Below the pieces are notes generated by a model. The model searched no databases, was not told where the DNA came from, and saw only the letters and a program-made list of their open reading frames with translations. 47,660 nt of DNA, taken from contig LVLI01000522.1 in assembly GCA_001687465.1 (NCBI GenBank), positions 62,001 to 109,660 on the forward strand, read 5' to 3'. Of the stretch, positions 26,243 through 37,275 are shown one piece after another (within the stretch, counting starts at the first letter, position 1; every line of letters starts with the position of its first letter). The translations under genes were made by a program, and so were the position numbers. Source of the stretch: Halocafeteria seosinensis. Lineage: Eukaryota.

Positions 26243-27097
26243 TTATTCGGGAGGATCCCAGCGTGTTTCGCCAGTGGTCGGGTTAAAGTAGTAGGTGCTC
26301 CCCGTGTTCTCATCAGTAACCGGTTGCCATGCAGATCCGTTCTCAGCAGCCTCCACAACGTCTTGTTTCCCCGCTATGGGTTGCATCGCCGAGTTGGTGG
26401 CAACTGTAAAGGCCGTCGGCAAATAGGATATTAGTTTTGCGAATATATCCTCGTACGAGTACAAGCACTTACATGCCGCTGCCTTGGAACCGATTTTTTC
26501 GGCTTTCCTCATCTGTATGAACTTTCGAGCTCTAGCAGCCAACTTTTCTTCCACAGTTTGCGGCTCTTCTGCCTGTTTTTTCTGATTTGCCATTGTTGTT
26601 CTCCTCCTTCGCGCGGCCTGCACCACAAGTTTCACAAAGATTTATTGTTGCCCCCTGAAGACTAGCCGTGCGGATACACGTACAGCTTGCGGCGACTCAT
26701 CTCCATCTTCTATCGGTGTTTCTTCCTGTGCTCCTCCCTCTTCTTCTGTGGGCCATCCAGGTGGTGGATCCCTGTACAATTTGTGGAGCATAAAAACGGT
26801 GCTGCGTGCGGAGCGATCAATGTTCCAAGCGGGTGGCTAGCGTCCTTACCATTGTGTTACCTCCGTGACAGCATTATAATAAAATTTCGCCCCTGAATCT
26901 GGATCTATGGCCTCGGCCCAGTTTTCAAGGTTATCGGCCGCATCTACTTCTACATCTTCTGGAGCAGCCTCCTCGCCTTCAGGTTCTGGGCCCAACTCTT
27001 CCGGTCTCTCCCATTGCGTGACGCCCGTTTCCGGGTTGAAATAGAAATGCGCTCCACTATCTGGGTCCTCATGGACCTCCCATGGCGTGTCTTCCAT
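26243..27097 (-). CDS. Small triple WW-domain protein (~213 aa)
   Basis: WW repeats WEVHEDPDSGAHFYFNPETGVTQWERP, WAEAIDPDSGAKFYYNAVTEVTQWDPP and WQPVTDENTGSTYYFNPTTGETRWDPP. Introns 26772-26849, 26618-26683, 26404-26472. Confidence 0.9.
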
Positions 27098-28034
27098 GAT
27101 ATGTGTCAATCTGACGGCGTATCCTGATACAAAAACCCTTTATTTGAGTCCGAAAAAGCCACGTTTCTTTGCTGCACAAGACATCCACTGACGTCTGAGG
27201 CGCTCTATTCAGATCTTGTTTCGTCCCCACAGCAACCACACGCTGCGTAAATATATGCTATCTGTATACCACCAAAAAGCAGGGCGTGAATATGAAGTAT
27301 ACGGGCTGGGAGAAAGGGAAAAACGAAAGGACGTCTTTCTTAGTCCGTTGATTTGTTCTTTACCTTGTCCTGGATGAGAGACGCTCGTCCCTCTCAGTTC
27401 CTAGTTCCTCCTACAAGGTCAAAAAGGAGCAGTTTTCTATATGCCAAAACACTAATGGCCCATCTAGACAACCAGGATCGGATGGACTGGCAGTGGATAG
27501 GATATACCCGATGAATAAGGAGGTTGTGAAAAGATTGTCGTGTTCGAGCAGACCGCACCAACAGTTGTTGGCAACTTGTTGCGACAGGGACTCCCGAGGA
27601 AGTTTTTGATTATAGGCTCTAGAGGAGGACGTGTACGAAATCATTACTCGAAGTCAATGGATGTAAATGTATTGAAAACATCGCATCGGAGTGAAAATAT
27701 TCGAAAGAATTTGTCTCCAGACCTTATCCAACTGCCAAGATTCTGAACTAAGAATCTCATTGGACGGAATTGTGCTCCTCAGATCCCGGAGCCAGTGCAA
27801 CGCAAATTGATCGGCATGCGATTTCGAATATCTGCATAACTTCGACCGTGTTGCTAACAGCTTGCTGTACGTTCTCCGTCCGGCTGCGTCGGGCCCTGAT
27901 TCTCCTGCCAGAGACTCCTGGTTCTTGGGGCTCTTTGTTTTGCCCTCTCAGCTCCCCTTGCAAGCAAAACATGTACACAGTATTTTTTTTTACTCCCCAT
28001 GTAAATCTGCTCGGATTCCTTAAGCGTCTTTGTT

Positions 28035-28520
28035 TCACAGGATGTTACACTTCTTGGAACCTGGTTTGCCATGTACGACTGCAGAAAAGGTAGAATCTCC
28101 AGAAGAGCTAAACCAGCATGTCTGAATTGCACAGAGACAATCCATTCTTACATTCAACTCCTTCTTTTGATAACATGACATGTATCGGGGTAGGGTGCGC
28201 AAACGTCGGTAGATTGAATTCTGCACACCATCCTCACACATTAGCGACGGAACCACGTCAGGTGTTCAAAGTGTGAATGGTGTTCATCCATTCGACTGCC
28301 TACCTTTCAGTTTGCTTTCATCAGGGGATAAGCGTTTTCCCATGGAGACGAGTCGTACATCACCAGGTCCTCTTAGAGCCTTGTATTCATCGGGGGCATC
28401 TTCAAATGCCATTTTCTTCAAGTCCCCTATTTTGGTGGTGGCATTGACGGTATGGCTCCTCTTCTGGCGATTTTCATGGTTCGCATACTTGAACGATATA
28501 TCTATTGTCATCGTAGTCAT
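28035..28520 (-). CDS. UBL3: Membrane-anchored ubiquitin-fold protein (MUB/UBL3-like, 109 aa) with CaaX terminus
   Basis: Ubiquitin-like TKIGDLKK...VRLVSMGKRL...LPTFAHPTPIHVML, ending SKKCNIL*. Introns 28221-28303 and 28079-28151. Confidence 0.8.
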
Positions 28521-29074
28521 CTACTGTCTTCCTAGAAAGCTAGATACGTGTTATTCTCTTATGTTCCTTCCAGCGCCAATCTGGTTTCGCCGGATATCCC
28601 GTCGATATCTCGGTTTGCACTAGGGAGAAGGAAGTAAGAGCTCGTATCCAAGTCACCCACTATCCTCGCGTAGATGATGAGGGTCAAGGGTGATCTGGAA
28701 ACAAACTGTCGTGTAAACAGCGTCAAAATCCATGAAGGACTCCAGCAGTGTTATCTTCCTGGGGCTTTTGCAAGCCTTAAAGTATTGTGCCTTCTACTGC
28801 TAGAAGGCTGATTTCCCATTTCTATGCACTATTAGACGCACAGGGAGGTATAATACTATCCCATTTAGTCAATACTTTGCGTACGACAGCGATAAGCAGA
28901 GTTTTATTTACTTCACCTACAACAAAACAATCATTTCGTCGACCCAGATACGGCATCTATCCGTATCGTGCTCGCCAATGACGAGTTTTCTGAAGCTTAG
29001 ATACGAATGAAACGATTAATTTCCAGGTGATTGATGTTGTGCATAGAGGTCGTTTTTGTTGAATTGAGAACGAA

Positions 29075-30586
29075 ATGACGGAGGAAGCGACTCCAGCTTG
29101 GGTTCCTCCCCAAGCCCAGGAACCCTCTGTATCAGGTCCTTCAGCTTTATTTGGCTCTTTCACCAAGAATATGGCTAAGATAGCGCCTCCAATCAAAGCC
29201 GTAGCTGCAGCCTCGTCGATTGGATCCGGGGAATCGTCCAATAAACGCCCACGGGTTCCGGAAAACAGTGACCAGCCACTCGCTTCCCAAGGAAATAAGG
29301 CTTCCAAAGCAGATACAGGACGTTCTTCGACTGAAGCAGTTTCGTTACATGATACAGTTCACTCCTCGTTCAACGCTACCAGTAATACTGTGAAATCCGG
29401 GAACGATTCACAAGGGCAGGAGTCCCAGGAAGGCAACACAAAGGAAACTCCAAGCTCCAGCAGTGGTGATGGTGAAGGCAATGCAGATTCTGCTGGAAAT
29501 ACCAGGAATACGGAGCAACATGATCCCAACACGGGTGGAAACACTGGCGAGGATGGAAATGATGGGGACAATAATGATAAGGACGATAATGGCAGTGGGG
29601 AGGAAAGTGGAAGCGAAGAGTCGGAAGAGGGCAATGTGGAGATTTCTTTGAATGAATTGAATAAGCAGCTTGTTTGTCCCTTATGTAACCACTATTTCCG
29701 TGATGCTCATACAGTGCCAGATTGCCTACATACATGTAAGTTCTTTGCAAAGGCGGATGTGTCATTGCCTGTTTACTGTCTCGGAGGAAACTTGCTGCAG
29801 TTTGTAAGATATGCATTGTCCATTATTGTGCCATCATCAACGCTGCTTGCCCACTGTGCGAAGTTCCAATTGGAGATCCCACGGCTATTGTCAAGTAGGT
29901 TTTGCGTAAGCCTTGTAGCTTAAAACCACTGCCAACAATCTACCGCTTTCTCAACCGCAGACCTGATACTGTGATTCAGGGATTGGTAGATACTGTTCTG
30001 GGTTCTGACTCAATGCAGCCACATGTTGGTTCGTATTCAGGAACGCAAGAGGAAAGCGAGAGCAAAGCGCCAAGCGCATCTGAGGCAAACGGGAACGAGG
30101 GCAAACTAAAAACCGAACCCACTAACACGGCAAAAGTAGGGACGATGAAGTCGCTGAGGGACTATGGACAAAAGCCCATGCAGTATATTTGTATGAAATT
30201 GGAACCTGCTGACAAGTCTTCCCCACAGCTCTCTAGGCCGTTTCTACGTACAGTTGGTAAGTGTCTATTGCCGATTTCACGGATCTTGACGTACTGTTTT
30301 GACTTCAGTGCTTCCCGTCCTGTTCAGGTTCCTTAACAGTAAGAGGACTGCTCCAATACGTTGCTCATCAGTTAAACGTGTCTCAAGAGAGTGTAAGCTA
30401 GGATGCTTTCTGTGTAAACTATATTAGCAATCCCGAGCATTACGTTGCTCTCGTTCCTAGCAGGTAGAGCTATTTTGTCGTGAAATGCCACTTCGGGGCA
30501 AGGAGCACCAGTTGCTTTTTGTGTCCAGAACAATGTGGAGAGCAAAGAAGGCCGACATGGTGCTGCAATACGAGGTGAAAAACTAA
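29075..30586 (+). CDS. Polycomb group RING finger (PCGF/BMI1-like) protein: C3HC4 RING plus C-terminal RAWUL domain (~412 aa)
   Basis: LNKQLVCPLCNHYFRDAHTVPDCLHTFCKICI...CPLC, post-RING KPDTVIQGLV, and RAWUL-like LSRPFLRTVGSLTVRGL...VELFCRE...W...MVLQY. Introns 29736-29800, 29895-29960, 30257-30327, 30393-30463. Confidence 0.87.
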
Positions 30587-30971
30587 AGTCGTATTCTGAA
30601 TTTGGGAAGATGAAACTTGACTTCAGAAGCTGAAATTTACTTTTTCCTACATATCAAATGGTAGCCACTCAATCCTTCAGTTTCTGCAAATAGTATGTTG
30701 TATAATTCACTTTGGCCTATAAAAAGTATCGATGCATCTTAAACGATCCACATTCTTGCGGCTCCTTCGTCTCGGTTCCTTCGGAAAAATCTGTTTGCGA
30801 GAGTGAACGAAATGTTTGACGTCCATTCTGACACCTGCCAGGTCTCCCTGCATCACCTTCCTCAAGAGTGTGTTATTGTCCACACATTCCCAGAAAAGAG
30901 CGTTTGAGAGCACCCAAAGTGTTCTTTTGGTTCCTTACTCTTGTATATTGTAGGAATAAACAACTAATAAG

Positions 30972-32267
30972 ATGGTAAGTGAGGCGAAAATGGGCTGTAA
31001 ACATCCTCTTTGGAGGCCAGAGTGCCCCGAAAAGGCCTCTATTTCAAGCGTCTTATATTCATGATTATGACCTCTATTGGGGCGTTTGCAGACGTTCATC
31101 AAAGAACAAAAGAATAAGCCGTATTTCAAGCGGTACCAGGTCAAGTACCGTCGCCGTCGAGGTATGTAAATGAGCCTGTTTTCTCTGTGACTTTTTGTGA
31201 AGGGAGCCGAAAGGTGTATCCGAGCGTGCTCCGGTGACAAAAAGGGTAGGGGCCCGACCTATAGGGGAGCCAAAGGGGAAATCTGACAGGTTGGGGCTTT
31301 CCTCTGTCACCTTGGGACTCAGTAGCGCTATGTATGCATGTTATGAGTGAAAGAACCTCGTATTTTCATTTGTATGTGGTTGAATGCGTTCTTTGCAGAG
31401 GCCAAGACTGACTACAGGCAGCGCCGTAACTTGGTGATCCAAGACAAAAACAAATACCATACCCCCAAGAAGCGCTTTGTTGTCAGATTCACCAACACCC
31501 AGGTTATCTGCCAAATTATCTACGCCGAAATTGATGGAGACCGCACCCTGTGCGAGGCTAACTCGAGAGAATTGAGCCGTTATGGTCTTAAGTTTGGGCT
31601 CAAGAACTATGCCGCCGCTTACTGCACTGGTCTCTTGTTGGCTCGCCGTGTCTTACAGAAATTGGGCTTGGCTGAGACTTACCCAGGTGTAAAGGAAGTT
31701 GATGGCCAGATCACCACTAGCATTGATGTTAAAGACTCTGGAAAGGAGAAGAAATTCTGGGTACCGGAAGTCGATGAGGACAAGCGACCTCTCCGCGCTT
31801 TCTTGGATGTTGGTATTGCTCCCACCACCACTGGTGCCCGTCTCTTTGGCGCACTCAAGGGCGCTGTTGACGGAGGACTGGATATTCCCCACAACGAAAA
31901 ACGCTTCCCAGGTTACGACAATGAATCCAAAGAATACGACGCTGCTGTCCACAGAGACCGTATCTTTGGTCAACACGTCGGAGCTTATATGGAAAAACTT
32001 TCCGAAGAGAACCAGGAGAAGCTGAAAAACCAATTCAGCCAATATCTTAAGCAGAAGGTTAACAACGCTGGGGATCTCGAGAAGCTGTACGAGAAGGTTC
32101 ACGCCGCTATTCGCGCTGATCCTTCCCCCAAGCCGAAGAAGAATGTCACCCCTGATAAGAGATGGCGTCATCAAGCCAAGAGAAACTTGAAACAACGTAG
32201 AAACCGAATCCAACAGAAGATCCAATGGCGTATTCAGAAGCTCGGTGCAGCTGCCGAGGAGGAATAA
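30972..32267 (+). CDS. RPL5: 60S ribosomal protein L5 (uL18), 313 aa
   Basis: ATG-only first coding exon 30972-30974, exon 31092-31161 (KNKPYFKRYQVKYRRRR) and exon 31399-32267 (KTDY..R, QDKNKY, NYAAAYCTGLLLARR, GALKGAVDGGLDIPH). Confidence 0.98.
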
Positions 32268-32722
32268 GAAGGCTCTTAGTAGTTTTGGTGCTCTAATCCA
32301 TCGCTCTTGAGGACACTTTGGGTGATTCTACAGGAAGGGACGCTCTTTCCTTTCTGTTTGAAAAGAAAATGGGACAAAAAAACAATGCAATTTGGTAAAC
32401 AATACCCCGGGTTTCATGGCTTGATGTCACCACAGGTATAGTCCGTGCCCGTATTTCGGCTTTCATTCCACTGTTAGAAATGAGGGTGACGAGTTGACCT
32501 ATTTCCACTACCCACATTGAGTCGTTATCTCAAAACTAGTGCTTGTTGCATTACATATTGGTATGAACGTAGCATCCAAGACGCCAAGTTCAAACAGGAT
32601 TAATCATGTTCACGAGCTTCCCCAACTGCTGGTTGAAGTTGCGTCTGACACACAAGATAAAAGGCAGCCTGTATTGATATTCACAGCTTCCCCTCAGCAT
32701 ATACATACACATATAGGTAAGA

Positions 32723-33606
32723 ATGTCGTCCGCGTTCAAAAATGTGGAGCCGCGGCGGGCGCACAAGGAACGTGCGCAGCCGCGGACTCGCGAGAAATTC
32801 GGGCTCTTGGAGAAGAAGAAGGACTGGTTGCAGCGCGCTAAGGATTACCACAAGAAGCAGGACCGCATCGCTGCTCTGAAGCGGAAGGCCGAGTTTCGCA
32901 ACCCCGATGAGTTCTACTTCAAGATGAACAATACGCGAACAGAGGTGCGTCATGTCAATAATGGAGCAGGAGTTTCGAGGTTAGAAGACAATTATTATGA
33001 ACTCTGCAGGGTGGAGTACATCAAGTGGATCGTGAGCATGCACCTCCATCGAAAGACATGCTGAAAGTGCTGAAAACGCAGGATATCAAATATGTCCAGG
33101 CCAAAGCTGCCACGGATAAAAAAGTGCGTACAGTGTTGTGATGGGATGAAGAAGAGGACCTCATGTGATGATGTGTATGTGTGTACCTGCAGCATGCCGA
33201 GAAGTTAAGATCCTCCTTGCACCAGTTAGATGGTAAAAAGCGCAACCAGCATCTGATATTCGTGGACAATGAAGAGGAAGCGGAGAAGTTAGATCCCGTG
33301 GAATATTTTGATACAGTTCCAGAACTAATCGAGCGACCCCATAACCGAATGAAGAAGCAAACAGTAGAGGAGCAGGAAGTCAATGCTCCTACAGACCCAA
33401 AGACACTTAAAAAACTACAAAAGCAGCGAGATAAGAGCTATGTAGAGCTGGCTCAACGAGAGCAACGTGCGAACAAGATGATGCAAGCAGCTGAGCATTT
33501 TCAACAACAAAAGAACTTGTTATCAAAGGGAAAACGAGTGAAGGTTCAAGATGGAGATGGGGATCGCCCACCAACGTTCAAATGGAAAGCAGAAAGAAAG
33601 CGGTGA
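32723..33606 (+). CDS. UTP11: U3 snoRNA-associated protein 11 (249 aa)
   Basis: HKERAQP...FGLLEKKKDW...RNPDEFYFKM, KTQDIKY, C-terminal FKWKAERKR. Introns 32945-33009 and 33124-33192. Confidence 0.96.
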
Positions 33607-34359
33607 TAGAAGAAACCCACTACTAACCATGCCGAAACCGTATCGTGACATCGCCACCAACTTCAGGCACTGCCAGTGCTACCAGCGAAGAGCACCATAC
33701 GGACCGCCAGGATCCCACAGAATACTCTGCTCCTTTAACGAAGGAATGAGGTGATCAGGCTGGAAATGTTATCAAAAGAGACCACCCCAAGAGGACTGGT
33801 GGGTTGGTCGTAATAACTGCTTCTACTCCACTTGCTGCCATGGACCTGTCATATTATACGAATACGAGTATTCTTCGCTTTAATTCGATCCCAAGAAGTA
33901 GTTCCGGTTCTACGGTCTCTCCTAGCTTTCCGGCTGAAGGTAGAAGGATTCAGAATGACTGGACTTCAATTCGGGAAAGACTGAGTTGTGGTTTGATGCA
34001 TGCCCGATACTAGCAATTCGGTTCACGATGTCTGCAACTTCCAGTGGTGGAGTAGGTTGATTATTTTCTGCAAGAAAGTAAATGTACATACATGCATGTC
34101 GAAGAATTCATTATTCTAACCCGTTCCTGGACTGTGCGTCGCTTCATCAGGCACCGCTTTGAGTGGTCCATTGACCTGTGCCATCAACAGGGTCCATCGT
34201 CCACCGTCACTGCGAGATACAGTAATGCTTCGCAGCCGCTACGAGGACCCCGGTTTCCCCCCAGCTTACCGACCAACGTCATCCGCCGCTGTTTGGTGTG
34301 GACACCGTGTGGGTGGCCCACTGTGTTGAGATTGAAGTTGCCCCAAGTCACGTCACGCC

Positions 34360-37275
34360 GTGACGGTCACGGTCACGCCCCGTGAGCTTCTTATTGTCCG
34401 CGAGTGGTATTGTTGTTCTGGGCAGTGCCCGAAGTATAACCCCTGTGGAGAGATAAGAGAGCATATCAGCACAGACAATCGTGGTAGGATGCAGTGTCTC
34501 GAAGTGTACTTGCAATGGAAGGGACAGCGCGTATTCAGCTCAGAGCAGGATCTCGAGCCGGAAGTGGCATATTGGGATACGGTAGCTGGGGAGCACGATG
34601 AGGACTCTGTCAACACCGTGTCAAGTAGGCTTACATGGCCAAAGTTCACGCTGTGTGTCGGTTCTGATGCAAAGGCGCGTCTATCCAGACTTCAATACCC
34701 TCATTTTCGAGGCGTAATCAAGATATCGTCTGTCCCATCCTTGGAGCAATTACAGTACATTCCTGGTGTTGGTGCTGCTGGTGGGAACGCTAAGGTGAGA
34801 TTGCATGATATGAGTACAAGTGGATTTCGACACTTGGCGCATATTTGCGCATTGGATCTATCGGGATGCATCACGAGAAAACATGTTCATCTTGGAGCGA
34901 GACGGACGGGGGAAGTGACGCAGGAACGGGGGACAGAAGACCCAATAGTTCGAACGTTTAATCCCAAGAAGCTTCTTGGATCCAAGTCCCGAGACATTAC
35001 AGTGTCATTTGATGGAACTCGGCCCCACCTGGGGTCATCCTTACATCAAGGCCAGCAGCGACATTCCCTCGGGCACCAGGTCTCTCAAGTTAGACAAGAA
35101 TACCGTCCTGTTCCTATGGGCGAGTCACTTGGCATGGCGACTGCTCAACATGCTCCCTCACATGCACATTTTAACAGTGAGGAATCTCATGGTCCATCTA
35201 GGATCGAAACCCAAAATGTGTTTGGTGTGCAGCACAGAGACCAAACGGCACTGGATACGGAGTTCTCGAAAACAACCTTCCAACGGTTCACGGAACGAGC
35301 GTCAGCCTCTATGTCTTTACCTAATCCTTTCGGTATGCAACACAGAGATCAACCATCTTCCTTGACGACAACCCTCCCTCAATTCACGGAAGCAGCCTCA
35401 TCCTCGACGGCGTCACAAAATCCTTTCGGTATGCAGCATAAAGATCAAACCACTCGTAATACGGGTTCCTCGAAGACAACCCTCCTACAATTTACGGACA
35501 GAGCCTCAGCCTCTATACCGTCACAAAATCCCTATGGTTTGCAGCACAAAGTTCAAACCGCTCTTGATACGAGTTCCTCGGGGTCACGATTCACGGAAGC
35601 AGCCTCAACCTTTATGCGGTCGCAAAATCCCTTCGGTGTGCATCATAAAGATCGAAAAGCCCTTAATACAGGATCCTCGGAGTGGACATCGCGGTTTACA
35701 GAAGCAGCCTCAGCTTCCATGTCCTCAGAAAATCCCTTCGGCTTGCAGCACAATGACCAAAAGCGTCTTGAGACGGGTACCTCCGAGACGCCCCTCCCAC
35801 GGTTTGTCGACCCTGTGTGGTCACAAAACCGCTTTGGTGTGCGGCATGAAGTTCGAACCGGGGAAACGGATGCTTCTCCAGAGTTTGGGACAATCTCTTC
35901 GGGGATTGGCACTATTCGTTCGGCCGATCAAAATAGGGTGTTCGGGCAAGATGATGCTTGTGCCCAAAAGCTCGAACTTAATGAGTCTTCGCATGTTCCA
36001 GATGATAGAAGCAGTGATTCAAGCAGTGGAAGCTCGACGGATAGAGGACAAATGGATGGTCCAGCCATCGACGAAAGTGGTATACGTACAAGTGCCAATT
36101 CGTATACCCCGTTTGTAATGCCTCGTTGCTATGGAACTCGCACGAACCCTATGCCGATGGGAGCTAATGACCTGGAGTATGATAAACGATGGGTACCAAG
36201 AACTGCCGAACCTGGATTCGATTGGGGATCGTACTCAGTGGGGGAGTTGGGCCCGTTCTGCATCACTAGGGATGCGTTCTATCACTTTAGGTGCTTAACC
36301 TTGCTCCAAATTGATCATTGTGATTTGGTTGATGGTACGGTTTTACATGGCCTAAGTGGTCTGAGAGAACTCAGTATGGTGGGTGCAAGCGGCATCAAAC
36401 CTGATGCATTTTGCCACTTGCCCTGTTTGACTAGTCTGGACATACGTGAATGCCCTAGTATTCCAGTGATGAAAGAATCATTTCAGCATTTGCGACAGCT
36501 GAAGAATTTGACAATGGATGTTCAAACGCCAAGTGGGCCGTGGCTTGCCCAGAACTGGATGGGCAATACGAAAGAAGGGAACATACCCGGAAATTCCTTT
36601 GAGTTCCTCTCTCAATTAACACGCCTGAGCATTTCATCCAAGGAAACGCCGCAAGTACCGCAACGCCTATTCCATAGTTTAACCTCTTTGAGAGTGCTTG
36701 CTCTTGAGCACTTGATTGTTGAGCCGTGTCTTGGTAACTGGTCATCTTTGGAGGACCTCCAATTACGTTCGGTATTTAGGAATCCGGGAGTCGAAAAGTT
36801 AACAGGCCTGCAGTCGCTTAGAGTGCTTGATAGCCCGTTCGTCAATTATATTGACTTAAATAACTTGACAGGATTGACACGTTTGGAAGTTCCCTCAATC
36901 TGCAAGGCATCATTTTCCAACTTGCGAAATCTCAAGTGTTTGACAATAGATGGATGCCAGACCGTAACGAATTCCACCTTCTTCCGCTTGCATGGTTTAA
37001 CGTCGTTGTCTGCGATGGGTATCGCTGGCAGCTTTGATGACCAGGTATTTGAGTCTCTATCGAATGTGGTGCAATTGGATATCCGTGAGAATGCAAATTT
37101 GACAGATCGCGCATTTCATCACTTGAGCAATTTGCGGTTCGTTGATATCCGTGGTTGCCCATACGTCGGTGGCGATATTTTAAGACACCCTCCCTGCCTG
37201 CGAAGGATATGGACTGATGGTTTGTGTCACAAATTCATAGATGACGTGCTTAAAAGCAATCAAGGCTTTTCCTGA
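34360..37275 (+). CDS. Leucine-rich repeat protein with internal tandem repeat insert; true start unresolved (first in-frame ATG 34489)
   Basis: 971-codon open frame; LRRs such as DAFCHLPCLTSLDIREC and TDRAFHHLSNLRFVDIRGC, plus one isolated LRR (GFRHLAHICALDLSGC) before the insert. Confidence 0.85.
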   Translation: MTVTVTPRELLIVREWYCCSGQCPKYNPCGEIREHISTDNRGRMQCLEVYLQWKGQRVFSSEQDLEPEVAYWDTVAGEHDEDSVNTVSSRLTWPKFTLCVGSDAKARLSRLQYPHFRGVIKISSVPSLEQLQYIPGVGAAGGNAKVRLHDMSTSGFRHLAHICALDLSGCITRKHVHLGARRTGEVTQERGTEDPIVRTFNPKKLLGSKSRDITVSFDGTRPHLGSSLHQGQQRHSLGHQVSQVRQEYRPVPMGESLGMATAQHAPSHAHFNSEESHGPSRIETQNVFGVQHRDQTALDTEFSKTTFQRFTERASASMSLPNPFGMQHRDQPSSLTTTLPQFTEAASSSTASQNPFGMQHKDQTTRNTGSSKTTLLQFTDRASASIPSQNPYGLQHKVQTALDTSSSGSRFTEAASTFMRSQNPFGVHHKDRKALNTGSSEWTSRFTEAASASMSSENPFGLQHNDQKRLETGTSETPLPRFVDPVWSQNRFGVRHEVRTGETDASPEFGTISSGIGTIRSADQNRVFGQDDACAQKLELNESSHVPDDRSSDSSSGSSTDRGQMDGPAIDESGIRTSANSYTPFVMPRCYGTRTNPMPMGANDLEYDKRWVPRTAEPGFDWGSYSVGELGPFCITRDAFYHFRCLTLLQIDHCDLVDGTVLHGLSGLRELSMVGASGIKPDAFCHLPCLTSLDIRECPSIPVMKESFQHLRQLKNLTMDVQTPSGPWLAQNWMGNTKEGNIPGNSFEFLSQLTRLSISSKETPQVPQRLFHSLTSLRVLALEHLIVEPCLGNWSSLEDLQLRSVFRNPGVEKLTGLQSLRVLDSPFVNYIDLNNLTGLTRLEVPSICKASFSNLRNLKCLTIDGCQTVTNSTFFRLHGLTSLSAMGIAGSFDDQVFESLSNVVQLDIRENANLTDRAFHHLSNLRFVDIRGCPYVGGDILRHPPCLRRIWTDGLCHKFIDDVLKSNQGFS
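35212..35950 (+). repeat. Coding minisatellite, 7-8 degenerate units of 96-108 bp (QNPFGxQHxDQ...FTEAASAS)
   Basis: Unit starts at 35212, 35320, 35416, 35524, 35623, 35728, 35824 and a degenerate one at 35929; all spacings are multiples of 3. Confidence 0.92.

Noticed and set aside
27411..28030. Short ORFs between the WW and MUB genes
   Set aside because: No recognisable motifs or consistent splice model; probably UTR or promoter sequence.
31653..32225. Long antisense ORFs (also 15507-16157, 18411-19016, 41297-42160)
   Set aside because: They are shadows of well-supported genes on the opposite strand.
30972..33606. RPL5-UTP11 as a ribosome biogenesis cluster
   Set aside because: Two adjacent housekeeping genes are not evidence of clustering without synteny data.
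35212..35950. CRISPR-like array
   Set aside because: The units are degenerate, in-frame and similar along their whole length with no unique spacers, in a eukaryotic context without cas genes.
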